DNA of 64,000 nucleotides, taken from positions 267,840,001 through 267,904,000 of the forward strand of contig OZ024743.1 in NCBI GenBank assembly GCA_964016885.1, written 5' to 3'. Made by a program: the position numbers and the translations under genes. Every line of letters starts with the position of its first letter. Positions within the stretch are counted from its first letter, which is position 1. The DNA is from Eledone cirrhosa (Eukaryota). This document shows positions 51,345 to 64,000 of this stretch, one piece after another. A model generated the notes under the pieces. The model worked only from the letters and a program-made list of their open reading frames with translations, was not told the DNA's origin and made no database searches.

Positions 51345-54300
51345 CCTTGAATCTCAGTCATTGATGTTAGTTAACTGGAATGTCTGTTGGAATGAATATA
51401 AAGCCACTACCTGCAGCCTCAGATATTCAGGACGTATCGGAGGGTTCTTGCTGTTCCCAGCAAGCATGCCATTTGAAGCGTTCCAAAAAGCGTGAAGGGG
51501 CCAATTTTCGTTAACCATCCCTGGAAACTTTTGGAGATAGTCCCCAGTGCGCCTATGACAATCGGGACCACTTTGACTTCATGGCAGTTCCAAATCCTTT
51601 TTACCTCCCACTTTAAGTCCTGGTATCGGTTAATTTTCTCCCTCTCCTTCTCTTGCACTCTCGTGTCGAATGGACAGGCCACATCCACAATCAGACACAA
51701 TCTTTTTTCACTTGTCCACAACCACCAGGTCAGGTCTATTGTGTTCCAGTTTCTTGTCCGTCTGTATCCTAAAATCCCACAGCACCTTCACCTGATCGTT
51801 CTCCATCACCGCCTCTGGCTTATGCTCATACCATTTCTCAGAATGTGGTAAATTGTTTACTTTGCACAGGTGCCAGTGGATCACCCTGCCATCACATCAT
51901 GTCTCCAGCCCTTATAGTGGGTCTGGGCTAGGTGTTTACACTCGGATACAATGTGAGCCACAGTCTCCTCTCTCTCTGTCCACAGATCCTGCACAGTGGG
52001 CTAGCCTCCTCCTTGTAAATATGGTGTTTCAACCACTTCGTTTTGAGGGCCTGCTCCTGCGCAGCCATTAACATTCCTTCTGTAGCCTTTCTAAGGTCTC
52101 CTCTTCTCAACCAGTTCCATGTCTGTGGATCTCTAAATTCAGTTTTCTCAAAGAAGGTACTATGAAGGGATTTTTCCTGAAGGCTGCTCTTTCTCCTTGA
52201 TGTTATTTCCTCCTTGGACATCCCCTGGCCTATTGTCCCCTCCTTCAGTACAGTTCTGAGCATTGGCTCCTTACTATCAGTCACGTATTTGTGTAGTTTG
52301 TTTTTCTCCATCTGAACACAGACCTCTATGCTGATAAGACCTCTTCCACCCTCAGATCTCCTTAGGTAGAGTCTATCGACATCACTCCTCTTGTGGAACA
52401 TTTTGTAGATAGTCAATAGCTTCCTAGTCTTCCTATCCATTTCTTTTTGTTCAGCAACATTCCATCTCAGAATCCCCGCACTGTACCTGATAATAGACAC
52501 AGCTCGGGAATTTACTGCGCTTATGGCATTTCTGCTGTTCAAATGTGACTTCAATACGCTCCTTACTCTCCGAATGTATTCAGTTCTTAACAATTCCTTC
52601 ATTTTTTTGTCTTTATGCCATCAGCCTCCAGAAGGCCCAAATACTTGTATCCTTCCTCAGAGTCAATTTCCTTTATCATCTCACCTGTTGGTATCTGGAT
52701 TCCGTTACTCTGCTCAACCTACCCCTCCTCATCACAATGACTCCACACTTACTAATACCAAACTGCATACATATATCACTGCTGAAAATACGGACAGTGT
52801 CAACAAGCACATCCAACTCCTTCTCACTCTTCCCGAAGAGCTTAAGATCGTCCATGAAGAGGAGGTGATTGATGGTACGCCCTTCCTTTTCCAACCCGTA
52901 TCCTGCTCTCACTTTTCGCAGTACACTGGTGAGGGGCATCAGGGCAAGGACAAACAACAGAGGGGACAGGCTATCTCCCTGGAAGATACCTCTCTTGATC
53001 TTCACGCTTCCCAAGGATTCTCCAGTTGATGTCAACTCTGTTTCCCAGGACCTCATACTCTTGCCCAACAACTGTCTGATGTTATCTGCCACCTTGAAGA
53101 TCTCCAGGCTTTTGGTGATCCAAGAGTGAGGCACCATGTCAAATGCCTTTCAGTAGTCTATCCATCCCATGGCAAGATCAGTGTGTCTACTCCTGCAATT
53201 CCCCATTACCATCTTATCAATAAGCAACTGGTCCTTTGTACCACGTGACTTCTTTCGGCATCCTTTCTGTTCGTCCGGTAACAAGTTGTTTGTGTGGAGG
53301 TGATGGTAGATTTCCTCAGACACAATGCTCGTCAACAGTTTCCACATTACGGACAGACATGTGATAGATCTATAGTTGGTAACATCATTACCCTTGATTC
53401 GGTCTTTCATTATCAGAACTGTGGTACCTTTTGTCAACCACTCTGGTACCTCACCTGACATCAAGCAGTCATTGAACATGGTTGTCAGTTTCGGGTGGAG
53501 GGTGTTATATTTTTAATCCAATACCCCTGCACACCATCTGGGCCTGGTGATTTCCAGTTGGTTAGTTTTTTGGCCTGCCCCTTAAGAGTTTCAACCGTGA
53601 TACTCAAATCAGTTTGTTGGTGTGCCTGCTCACCGATCTCCCTATGTACTGTCTCAATCCACCCTGCCTGGTCATTATGTCTAACATCCTGCACCCATAT
53701 TCCTCTCCAGAATGTTTTAGTTTGTTCCGCCTCAGGGATCAAGTCGTTGCCTCTTTCTTTCCCCTCAAGCTGTCCAAACAGCATCTGCTGGTTGTTGTCG
53801 AACATGCGGTTCTGTTTATACTGACTGACTCTGTTCTCGTATCGCCTGATTTTTGCACTCTTTGCTACAATGCGTTGCTTCAGTTCCTCTATGATAATAT
53901 TTAGCTTTTTCCTCCTAGTTTTGTACTTTATTTCCAGTCTATTTTTAGTGCCTATGTTTTTTAGTGTCCCATTCAGTAGTGACTCAAGCTTTCCAATGTT
54001 ATTTCTCATTTCCCTGATTTGACCACTCAGTCGTTTCTTCCACCAAGGCTCTGCTCTTTCTTGTCTGTTGTTTCCTCTCGCTTTTATACCAAGTAGTTTC
54101 CTCACCGTATTTGCTGTTGCTTTGAGGATATTGTTGCACTGGTGAAGGCTCCTCGCCTCAAGGTATGGGATGACTTTGTTTACCTTAGCTGTTGTTTCTT
54201 TTAACTTTTTCCTGTCTACAAATCTTAAGTTCATAGGTCTCCCACTATCATTGTTCAATTCATCTACCACTAAATTTAGGATGTCAACCGAATCTTGTCC

Positions 54301-56120
54301 TAGCCCGTCAGCATTCATCTCCTCAGTGGCCGTATCTCTGTTCCAGGTATTATTTATCTCAGTATTCAGATCATTGTCTGCTTCGGGTGGTTCCTCCGTT
54401 CTCTTGACCTCCTCACCTTCATTTCCCACTGGCTCGTTTGCCTGGCATACTCCACCCTCCATCTCCAAGCTAATCTCTCTGCTCAGTTCCTCCAGTTCCA
54501 GCTCGCTTATCCACCCATTAGTTCTTATTACCCGAGCCTGCCCGGCCAATTTTTGTTCATCTAATTTAAATAGACCAATCTCGTTCCAGATGTTATGCAT
54601 CCGTCTCCTATAGCCCTCTCCTTGGGGTTACTTTTCAGGTAACATTGCATAACAGTTCTATTCAATTCTTTCGTCCAGTTGGTTCTGGTCCCTTTCCTTC
54701 TTCTTCTTCCTCCGACACCAGCAGTATTTGGTTGACAGCCAGGTTCCTGCTGCTGAGCCAGGGAGCACCTGTTGGGTGAGAGTCTGTCACATGGCGTTCT
54801 AGTCTCCATTTCACCGTTATTCGAACTGTTTAGGTTCGATATTTAAACACTCTTATCGAGGATTGGCGAATGTATGGTTACATAACCATCTGTGGATTAA
54901 CCGTCTCCGGTGGTTTTGTCACTCCACTTGACTCTTGTGTGGCATTATCGCCACGCTGTAGACGAACACAAACAAACAAACAAACAAATAGGCAGAACAA
55001 ACCCCAAAAATGAATAAGCATAAGTTTCATTGTAATGTAGTGTTCGAATGTCTGACTTAGTTTTTCCCTTCTCTTCTCTGTCCGTCCGCTTGTTTCTCTC
55101 TTCATTCTTATTTTCTTTACGTTTTTTTTTTGTTTTTGTTTTTCTCTGTTTGTTTTTCTCTTTTTTTTTGTTGTTGTTGCTGCTTTGGTTTTGATGTTTG
55201 TTTTTTCTTTTGAGTCTATCTATATATTTTGATGCCTTCCTCTTTTTTAGTAGGAATTCTATAATGTGGTGGCAGCAACTAGCAGGAAGCAATGGGAGAG
55301 AATAGCGGCGGTAGCGATACTGAGACAGTGGTGGTAGTGATGTCGATACTGAGGCAGTGGTGGTGGTGATGTGATGGTATTACTGTAGTGATGGTGTTGT
55401 AGCGGTGGTAGCAATGAAGGAGTGGCGGCGGCGGTGATGGGATAGTGGTAGTAATGATGGCAGTGGTGGTGGTGATGTGAACGTATTACTGTAGTGATGG
55501 TGTTGTAGCGGTGGTAGCAATGAAGGAGTGGTGGCGGCGGTGATGGGATAGTGGTAGTAATGATGTATGGGCGACGTTGTCGTTACTGATGTCCGTTCGG
55601 TGAATCTATAGGGTTAGTCTCGTACATGTGTTGACATAAATTCCCTTAATGTTGGAATTAAACATTTTGTTAAAACTTGGGACAATAATAATAGTATTTA
55701 TTATTATCATTATTATTTTGAGATTGGTTGTGGTTGTGGTGAAATTGCCGTTATCTGGATGTTGTGTTTAGTGTACACAGAGAGGTGATGGGGTAGGTGG
55801 TGTATCTAGTTTCTGGTGTTGGTGAGATTGGTGTTGTTTGGCTGTTCTATATAGTGTAGACAGAGGAGGAGGGGTATTCTTCTTCCATTTATAGCCATTT
55901 TCTTTTTTGAATATACAATATACAATACAAAGTTCAATATTTGAATATTTGAGCCTTATAACAATATATTTGGGGTCCGAATTTTTTTTGGGCTCAAGCC
56001 GGTTGCTTTACGTAGCATTTGTATTAAGAGTTGTTATTCCACAAATGATTTAAATATGTTAAAAATTCGAAACTTACGGGAGCGATTTCATGACCTTCTA
56101 CCACCTCGTGCGTCTTCTTC
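51345..56120 (-). mobile_element. Near full-length decayed Dong/R4-type RLE retrotransposon, family A (ORF remnants 54809->51419; 5' limit uncertain)
   Basis: NWTKELN..CY N-terminus, WKSPGPDG, YRSITCL, GIFQGDSLSP, LFMDDLKL, RLY..R.EGGRGL, CRIC, and RLE motifs IVDVACP..EKINRY..VVPIVIGALG. Confidence 0.9.
55353..55565. repeat. 106-bp direct tandem duplication
   Basis: GGCAGTGGTGGTGGTGATGTG.. at 55353 and 55459. Confidence 0.85.
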
Positions 56121-56123
56121 CCT

Positions 56124-56542
<419 letters not shown>

Positions 56543-56545
56543 GTT

Positions 56546-57000
56546 CTTTGAGTCTCAGTCATTGATGTTAGTTAACTGGAAAGTTTGTTGAAATGAATAT
56601 CAAGCCACTACCTGCAGTCTCAGATATTCAGGACGTATCGGGGGGTTCTTGCTGTTCCCAGCAAGCATGCCTTTTGAAGCGTTCCAAAAAGCGTGAAGGG
56701 GCCAATTTTCTTTAACCATCCCTGGAAACTTTTTGAGATAGTACCTAGTGCGCCTATGACAATCGGGACCACTTTAACTTCATGGCAGTTCCAAATCCTT
56801 TTTACCTCCCACTTTAAGTCCTGGTATCGGTTCATTTTCTCCCTCTCATTCTCTTGCACTCTCGTGTCGAATGGGCAGGCCACATCCACAATCAGGCACG
56901 ATCTTTTTTCTTTGTCCACAACCACCAGGTCAGGTCTATTGTGTTCCAGTTTCTTGTCTGTCTGTATCCTAAAATCCCACAGCACATTCACCTGATCGTT
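56546..57000 (-). mobile_element. Dong/R4 family A 3' fragment (RLE domain)
   Basis: ORF 56620-56991: VLWDFRIQTD..NRPDLVVVD..IVDVACP. Confidence 0.9.
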
Positions 57001-57015
57001 ATTATTATTATTATT

Positions 57016-57190
57016 GGGAGTATCGGTAGAGAGTCGGACGCTATGCTTTCCAGCGTAGTTACGTCCCTTTACGGTCTGAGTTCAAATCCCGCCGAGGTAC
57101 ACTTTGCCTTTCATCCTTACGGGGTCGATAAAATAAAGTACCAGTAATGCACTGGGTAATTGCTGGCCTTGTGCCTAAAGTAGAAACAAT
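57016..57190 (+). mobile_element. tRNA-derived SINE inserted in (TTA)n
   Basis: GGTAGAG A-box-like, GAGTTCAAATCC B-box, conserved body; TTA on both sides. Confidence 0.87.
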
Positions 57191-57203
57191 TATTGTTATT
57201 ACT

Positions 57204-57437
57204 CTTTGAGTCTCAGTCATTGATGTTAATTAACTGGAAAGTTTGTTGAGATGAATATCAAGCCACTACCTGCAGCCTCAGGTATTCAGGACGTATCGGA
57301 GTGTTCTTGCTGTTCCCAGCAAGCATGCCTTTTGAAGTGTTCCAAAAAGCGTGAAGGGGCCAATTTTCTTTAACCATCCCTGGAAACTTTTTGAGATAGT
57401 CCCTAGTGCGCCTATGACAATCGGGATCACTTTGACT
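57204..57437 (-). mobile_element. Dong/R4 family A 3' fragment
   Basis: Shared 3'UTR. Confidence 0.87.
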
Positions 57438-57675
57438 ATTGTTATTATTATTATTATTGAATGCTATGGTTGACGGAGGCTCGGCTCTCTAAGGTATTGT
57501 AAATTTTGAACGCTATAACAATTGTAAATTGTTTAAAACTTTAACCAACTTGTAGACAAAAACACCCTCCTCCTCGTGAAAGGGGTCTTTCTGCCCGTTA
57601 TTTGGCCCTTCGGGGTTAAATAACTGCTTATTGGGGTTTTGTGCACAATATTTATTTTAAACAAAAAAAATCAAC

Positions 57676-59757
57676 ATGGCTACGAAAAAGAATTTTCATA
57701 GGTCACTCCCACTCATTCCGTCTTCTTCTTCCTCAATCGTCACAACAGCAGAGAGAAGATTGTCTCTCTCCCTCCCTTCTCTTTCGCAAGCGACGACAGA
57801 AAAGAAAAGTCTCGTGCAAAGCGTGCAGGATTTCTCCACGACGACGACGACAACGACGAAACAAGTGTGCGGGAAATACGAAAACCCATTTCATTCGTCT
57901 GACGTCAGGAATAATAGCAGTAGCAGCCGTAATAACAACAGCAACAGTGACAATGAAAACAACAGTAGCAGCCGCAACAGCATCACCAGCAGCATAAACA
58001 ACAACAGCATTAGCAGCAGCAACAACAACAACAACAACCACAGCAACAGCGGCGGCGGCAGTAGTCTTAGTACCTGCAGCAACAACAAAAGTAACAGCAG
58101 CTCTGACGACGACAACAACAACAACAGCAGCAAAGAAAAACAAATCTCGTCTGCAGGTATCGCGAAGAACCTGGAAACCATCCTCATAACAAATGAGGAA
58201 TTAGAGGAAGCGAAGAAGATGGCGATAAAAACTGGACACCGAGCAATCTGCAAGGCAGCGGAAACATTTTTCGAAACCCAACAGCACTGTACGGTCACGT
58301 ACCGTACAGTAAGTACAAAATCCCGTAGGGTGGAAAGAGCCACAGAGGCTCAGATACAAAAAGCCTTGGGGTCTGTGTGGCAGCGAAAAACGCACATCAC
58401 CCGAGGCAAAAAATATGCCACCGTAGACGGACTTTTTGCCACACCCCAGGAGGCAAAGGCCCAATCCGTAGTGACCCTAAGGAGCGAGGAAATGGTGTTG
58501 TTGCCCTCCTACTGCGGGCAAAAAATTGTGAGGGTCAAACTGACCCACGTTCCCCCCGGAATGGCCCCTTCTTGGCTGGCCGCGTCTGTCCTCGTCGGAA
58601 TCGAGGACAAAACAACTGTACTGCAAGTACAGAAAAAAGTAAGAGAAGATTGGGTCGGCACCTCCATTGAGATGTTAATCCAAACCAACCAGAAGTGCAT
58701 CGAAGCTATCCCGGATGTTGTAGACTTCCATAACGGCACTCAACTGCCCATAAGTGTTGAGGGAAAACGCCCGAAATGCTTTCGCTGTGGATCGAAGACT
58801 CACCTCAGGGCCTTCTGCAACGAGAAGACCCTGAGAAAGGAGAAAACCCCCCTCCTTCCAAAACCGGCTCCACGGCTATCAGCAACAGGACAAGCGGCAA
58901 CCAGGAACGAGAGGTCCGTGGCACCCATACCCACGCCAAGGAAATCAAAAACAGCAGCAGCAGTGGAAATATTAACAACAACAACAGCAATACCAAATGC
59001 AGCTGCAACAGAGACTCCAGTGCAAACATCACCAACAACAACAAGTGAAAGAGTGGAGCTGGTACCCCTCCCCGACCTCACAGAATCAGACATGGAGTGT
59101 GAGGTGGGAGAGGGATGGCAAAAGGTCGTAAGAAGGTACAAACGCAGAAGCAGCGCATCGTCGCCTTTGAAAAGGGGGGAAAGAAATGAAAAATGGTAAA
59201 GTCTACTGCAAAGACATTCACAGCAGCAACACCACCAACACCATCACCACCCACACTAGCACCACCATCACCGCCGGCCACAACCCCACCGCCAACAACA
59301 CCTTCAACACCACCACCAGAAACACCAACATCGCAAACACAACAGCAAAACACACACACCCAGCAACAACGACAAGAAAATAGCAGAACCACACCCCACG
59401 AAGCAGAAAAACAAATGCACGGCAATAAATACGGACAACAAGAAACTAATGACTTACATAATTGAACACACAGACATTTCACAACACGACTACATAATAC
59501 CAGCACCAATCAAAACGCCAACTAACATAAGACTGCTAAAAATAGCACAGAAACAATACACAAACATTAAAACTAAATTCCCCAACGCAGTTGGTGATTT
59601 CAGAGACCTAGGAGGAACTATCAACCGAAGAGTATATTCGGACATACTCATAGAAGAGCCGATGACCAGCCGAAAGGACGATTCAACGGTCCCTTCACCA
59701 GACGATCAAATGAAAAGGGATGTAAAAACGATCCCTCCTCTACGAAAAGTACGGTAA
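57676..59757 (+). pseudogene. Tx1 copy C ORF1 (Asn/Ser-rich N-terminus, RRM-like, CCHC); frameshifted near the C-terminus
   Basis: 507-aa ORF plus pieces at 59193 and 59449, ending PLRKVR. Confidence 0.85.
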
Positions 59758-59792
59758 GTGGTCTTTCCTATCTTTTCCACTCTATTTTAAAC

Positions 59793-61409
59793 ATGACCTC
59801 ACTCAGAATAGGCAGCATAAATGCGCGTGGCTTGGGGTCGTCATGGAAGCAGGGTCACCTGCTCAACGACCTCAGGTCACTAAACATAGATGTAGTGGCC
59901 ATCAGCGAGACCAGAATCTCCGAAACACGGGCCTTCGCAACGATCTTCGGCGGCTACGATGTGTACGCATCTACCAGCCGTCCTGGATCGGGGGGAGAAG
60001 TTGCTGTGCTTTTTCGGAGAGGTTTGGATCTCGCCATACGGGCCATCTCCCTGGACCCAGAGGGTAAGTTGGTGGTGCTGGACGTGACCAGCGGAGACGG
60101 GAAAGCTTTCAGGCTAGTGGCCGTCTATGCCCCGACAGGAGCAGGGCGGCCTGATTTCTTCCAGCGTCTGGAGACCTTTCTTGGAACGTCCCGCTCTTTA
60201 GTGTTAGTGGGCGACTGGAACGGGATCTTAGATGCACGCTGGGACTGTGTGGGATTAGCGGATAGGGGTGGAGGGTGCAAGAGCCTTACCAACCTGCTCA
60301 GGCGTTTTGAACTGTCTGACAGGTACCGAATGGATTTCCCGAATGTACCAATGTGGACTTGGACAAATCGCATAGGGTCATCCAGATCATATCTAGATAG
60401 AGTATTTTGTAGAGAAATAGATAGGTCTAGCATAGGCTGTCCACAATTCAAGATAGTCAGCTACACGAACCACAAATTCGTGATCTGTGTGCTTGACTTA
60501 GATAGACTTCATAGACGAGGACCCGGCTACTGGAAGCTAAACGCGTACTTACCAGCGCGCAAGGCCTACAGAGACCGGATCAGCGAACTAGTTAAGCGGG
60601 CGTTGACGGAGGCCATCGTCAACAACAAGTGGTGGTTTACTCAGAAAAGAGCGATCAGAATAGAATCCATTAGGTTTAGTAAGGCTTTAGCAATAGAGAA
60701 ACATAGAGCAGAGGGAGAATTAGTTAGAAAATTAGACGAGGCGCTTAGCAAAGGCATTGCGACCGACGTGCTTGCGGCGAAATTGGCCATTGACCAATTC
60801 TTCAATGCAAAGCACGAAGGCTGCGTTGTCAGAGCAAGGGTGCGTGCTCTCAGACACGAGGGGACGAAATCCGTTCAATGGGCCCGAGTGGCAGAGGCGC
60901 GTCGTGGCAACAAAGCCACGATCCGGTCTTTGGTGGACCACGACGGGCGTATGTTACTCGATCCAGGGAAAATGTGTGAAGCTTTTCAGCGACACTTCGC
61001 TCAGCTGTTCGGGGGCATCGGTGGAGGGATGGACTTTAGTGTCTACCTCGACGGACTGCCGCGGCTCTCGGCCACTGAGGCGAAGTGTTGCGAAAAGCCG
61101 ATAACAGCCGCTGAAGTAAGGGAGGCAATGACTGGCTGCACAAGGGGTAAATCGCCTGGTTTGGATGGTCTGCCCTATGAACTTTACGTACAGATGCCTG
61201 ACTTGTTCGGAGGCCTCTTCGCGGACGTCTACTGCAACTGGCAACAGAACGGGATAATTTTAATGGGCTTTCTCCACGAATGTCCCTCGGAACTCTCCCC
61301 CCTATTGGGGAATGTTTTCTTTGTTCCATTATTACATCCTCTGTTTATTGTTTTTTACACGCAGAAATGCCCATTTGTACCGCCTTGTATTGTCCTGTAT
61401 TGTCTTTAA
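59793..61409 (+). pseudogene. Tx1 copy C ORF2: uninterrupted APE endonuclease + linker, RT deleted
   Basis: APE motifs present (TDH reads TNH). Homology ends at CNWQQNG, then reads into the 3'UTR. Confidence 0.88.
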
Positions 61410-61479
61410 TGTCTACTTTATGTAGACCCTTGTGGTTAATAAAGAAAGCATTATTATTATTATTATTATTGTTATTATT

Positions 61480-62270
61480 CTTTGAGTCTCAGTCATTGAT
61501 GTTAGTTAACTGGAAAGTTTGTTGAAATGAATATCAAGCCACTACCTGCAGCCTCAGATATTCAGGACGTATCGGAGGGTTCTTGCTGTTCCCAGAAAGC
61601 ATGCCTTTTGAAGCGTTCCAAAAAGCGTGAAGGGGCCAATTTTCTTTAACCATCCCTGGAAACCTTTGGAGATAGTCCCTAGTGCGCCTATGACAATCGG
61701 CATCACTTTGACTTCATGGCAGTTCCAAATCCTTTTTACCTCCCACTTTAAGTCCTGGTATCGGTTCATTTTCTCCCTCTCCTTCTCTTTTACTCTCGTG
61801 TCGAATGGGCAGGCCACATCCACAATCAGGCACGATCTTTTTTCTTTGACCACAACCACCAGGTCAGGTCTATTGTGTTCAAGTTTCTTGTCCATCTGGA
61901 TCCTAAAATACCACAGCACCTTCACCTGATCGTTTTCTATCACCGACTCTGGCTTATGCTCATACCACTTCTCTGAATGTGGTAAACTGTTTACTTTGCA
62001 TAGGTGACAGTGGATCTCCCTGCCCATCACATCATGTCTCCAGCCCTTATAGTGAGTCTGGGCTAGGTGTTTACACTCGGATACAATGTGAGACACAGTC
62101 TCCTCTCTCTCTCCACAGATCCTGCACAGTGGGCTAGCCTCCTCCTTGTAAATATGGTGTTTCAAACCACTTCATTTTGAGGGCCTGCTCCTGCGCAGCC
62201 ATTAACATTCCTTCTGTAGCGTTTTTAAGGTCTCCTCTTTTTAACCAGTTCCTTGTCTGTGGATCTCTAA
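61480..62270 (-). mobile_element. Dong/R4 family A 3' fragment (CCHC + RLE)
   Basis: ORF 61554-62165: CRICGEREETVSHIVSEC..RHD..RPD..D. Confidence 0.9.
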
Positions 62271-62278
62271 TATTATTA

Positions 62279-62319
<41 letters not shown>

Positions 62320-64000
62320 TGCATTTATCTTGCTTTATGTTTATACGAGTTATCACCAAGTCACAACCAGTGACCTCAAGAGACAACAAGGTCCGCCATG
62401 TTCAAGAAAGAACACACATATTCACACATGCATCCTTAGTGTTTAGACTTGTGATGTACTTATATTGACAGGATCTTCCTTAGTATATGGGCAGTTCCCA
62501 TTAGTACTATCTTTTGTATTTCTCCTATACGCGGGTTTCCTGGGATTTGCGATAAGTAGTCGTTAGACCCCTTAGGTATCATTCCCAGAGCGCCTACAAC
62601 CACTGGTATTGTTTTAGTTCTCAATTTCCACATTTTTCCAATTTCTATCTCCAGGTCCTTATACTTGCTCAATTTTTCAAATGTTTTTATAGATACATTC
62701 TTGTCTATTGGAACAGACATATCAATTAGCAGGCATACCCTCCTTTGAAAGTCCTTCAATATTATATCAGGTCTATTTGCATCTATTTTTCGGTCTGTTT
62801 GGATGCTAAAGTTCCACAAGATTGAGATGTGATCGTTTTCAAGTATGGGAGGTGGTTGATGCTCCCACCAATTCTTTTGATGGGGCAGGTCAAAATGCTT
62901 GCACATTATCCAATGTATGTATTGTGCAGCTCTGTCATGCCTGTTTAGGTATTCGGTTGGAGCTATAGGACTGCACATTGAAATTATATGGTCAATGGTC
63001 TCTGGTTGTTTTTTGCATACACGGCATAATGGGCTGCACCCATTTTTTATTATGTTGGCTTGGTAATTTTTTGTTGGCAGACACTGATCTTGTGCGGATA
63101 TAATCAGTCCTTCAGTCTCCGATTTCAGTCCAGAGGATGCCAACCACTGATGGGTTAAAGAATTGTCAACATCAGGATTGTTAGCTCGCTCTGGGTATTT
63201 TCCATACAGAGGCTTTTCTTGCCATTTCTTAGCCAGTTTCTGTAGCAGTTCTTTCTTTGCAGTTACTTTTACCTGCTTTGCTTTTTCTGTGTTTTCCATT
63301 TCAGCAGTAAATGGGACTTCTGAAATTTGTAGTCCATTACTGTATCTTTGTGCATCTTTTGTAATGGAATATGATCTTTTGGTGCTTTCGTGTTTCAAAA
63401 CGAGTTTGATCATCCAATCATGTGATTCCCTTAGATATGTGGATAATCCAATTGTTGCAGTTTTCAACGCAATGTCTAACTGGATTAACCCACGTCCTCC
63501 TTCTTTCCTAGGGAGATATATTCTATCTATGTCTGCCTTAGGGTGATGCATTCTGTGCATGGTTAAGAATTTTCGGATTTTTGTATCGAGCCTACGGATC
63601 TCTGTGCTTGACCAGTTGATGACATTGTAACTGTAGGTTACTACTGGTATGGCAAGCGTGTTTATGGCATCGATCCTATTCCTTGCATTCAATTCCGTTC
63701 TTAAGATTGCTCTGACTCTGCGGTAACATTCCTTCCTTATCCTTTCCCTCATTGTCGAGTGCTTTATTCCGTCTCCTTCACAAACACCTAGATATTTGTA
63801 AGTTTGTTCTTGATCAAGCTCTCTTATCACGTTCCCCCGATCAAGATTAATGTCTGAACTCTTCAGCAGCTTTCCTCTGGTGAACGTTGCTTTGGCGCAT
63901 TTATCCAGTCCAAACTCCATTTTAATGTCATCACTGAACTGCTTCACAGTGGATAATAGCCCTTGCAATTGTTCATCATTTTTTGCAAATAGTTTCAGGT
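62320..64000 (-). mobile_element. Dong/R4-type RLE retrotransposon family B, continuing beyond the window end
   Basis: Uninterrupted ORF to 62460; 3'UTR ends in (TAA)n. Confidence 0.92.
62460..64000 (-). CDS. RT C-terminus + CCHC + restriction-like endonuclease (partial, open to the window edge)
   Basis: FGLDKCA, YKYLG, RIYLPRKEGGRGL, CRVC..ETIDHIISMC, RHD, RPDI..IDMSVP, EKLSKY. Confidence 0.9.
   Translation of the reverse strand, partial: LKLFAKNDEQLQGLLSTVKQFSDDIKMEFGLDKCAKATFTRGKLLKSSDINLDRGNVIRELDQEQTYKYLGVCEGDGIKHSTMRERIRKECYRRVRAILRTELNARNRIDAINTLAIPVVTYSYNVINWSSTEIRRLDTKIRKFLTMHRMHHPKADIDRIYLPRKEGGRGLIQLDIALKTATIGLSTYLRESHDWMIKLVLKHESTKRSYSITKDAQRYSNGLQISEVPFTAEMENTEKAKQVKVTAKKELLQKLAKKWQEKPLYGKYPERANNPDVDNSLTHQWLASSGLKSETEGLIISAQDQCLPTKNYQANIIKNGCSPLCRVCKKQPETIDHIISMCSPIAPTEYLNRHDRAAQYIHWIMCKHFDLPHQKNWWEHQPPPILENDHISILWNFSIQTDRKIDANRPDIILKDFQRRVCLLIDMSVPIDKNVSIKTFEKLSKYKDLEIEIGKMWKLRTKTIPVVVGALGMIPKGSNDYLSQIPGNPRIGEIQKIVLMGTAHILRKILSI

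Larger units (their letters stand above)
57459..61449 (+). mobile_element. Tx1-like copy C: different 5'UTR/ORF1, ORF2 nearly identical to A/B but lacking ~2 kb of RT
   Basis: ORF1 57676-59757 (CFRCGSKTHLRAFC). ORF2 starts at 59793 and jumps to the 3'UTR at ~61258. (TTA)n flanks. Confidence 0.9.

Noticed and set aside
57016-57095. tRNA gene (A/B boxes), also at 14.2 and 30.4 kb
   Set aside because: No cloverleaf; continuous with a SINE body present in several copies.

Overview
Gene-free, repeat-dominated eukaryotic DNA. The SINE families, dense (TA)n/(TAA)n microsatellites and retroelement content suggest a cephalopod (octopus-like) genome; this is an inference. No host protein-coding gene is supported. 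The window has four zones. (1) 1-12.6 kb: a minisatellite of about 300 units, each a 21-bp constant core plus variable (GGT)n(GTT)n, grading into degenerate trinucleotide sequence. (2) 14-36 kb: a (TA)n-rich zone with several Penelope-like (GIY-YIG) relics and many type I hammerhead ribozymes. Its main feature is a 308-bp hammerhead-containing tandem array (19.44-22.70 kb, retrozyme-like, 11 ribozyme copies) that inverts with no spacer at 21208/21209 to form a ~3-kb palindrome. Smaller fold-back palindromes also occur. (3) 36-38.4 kb: older Tx1-like fragments. (4) 38.4-64 kb: a nested stack of site-specific non-LTR retrotransposons, all in (TTA/TAA)n. It holds three Tx1/L1-clade copies (+ strand), two Dong/R4-type RLE families (- strand) and a SINE. 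The Tx1 copies share a putative 52-53 nt mini-intron that would fuse ORF1 to ORF2 in frame. One copy has a swapped 5'UTR/ORF1, and two share the same RT-inactivating lesions. All structures were read by eye; no searches or folding programs were run.
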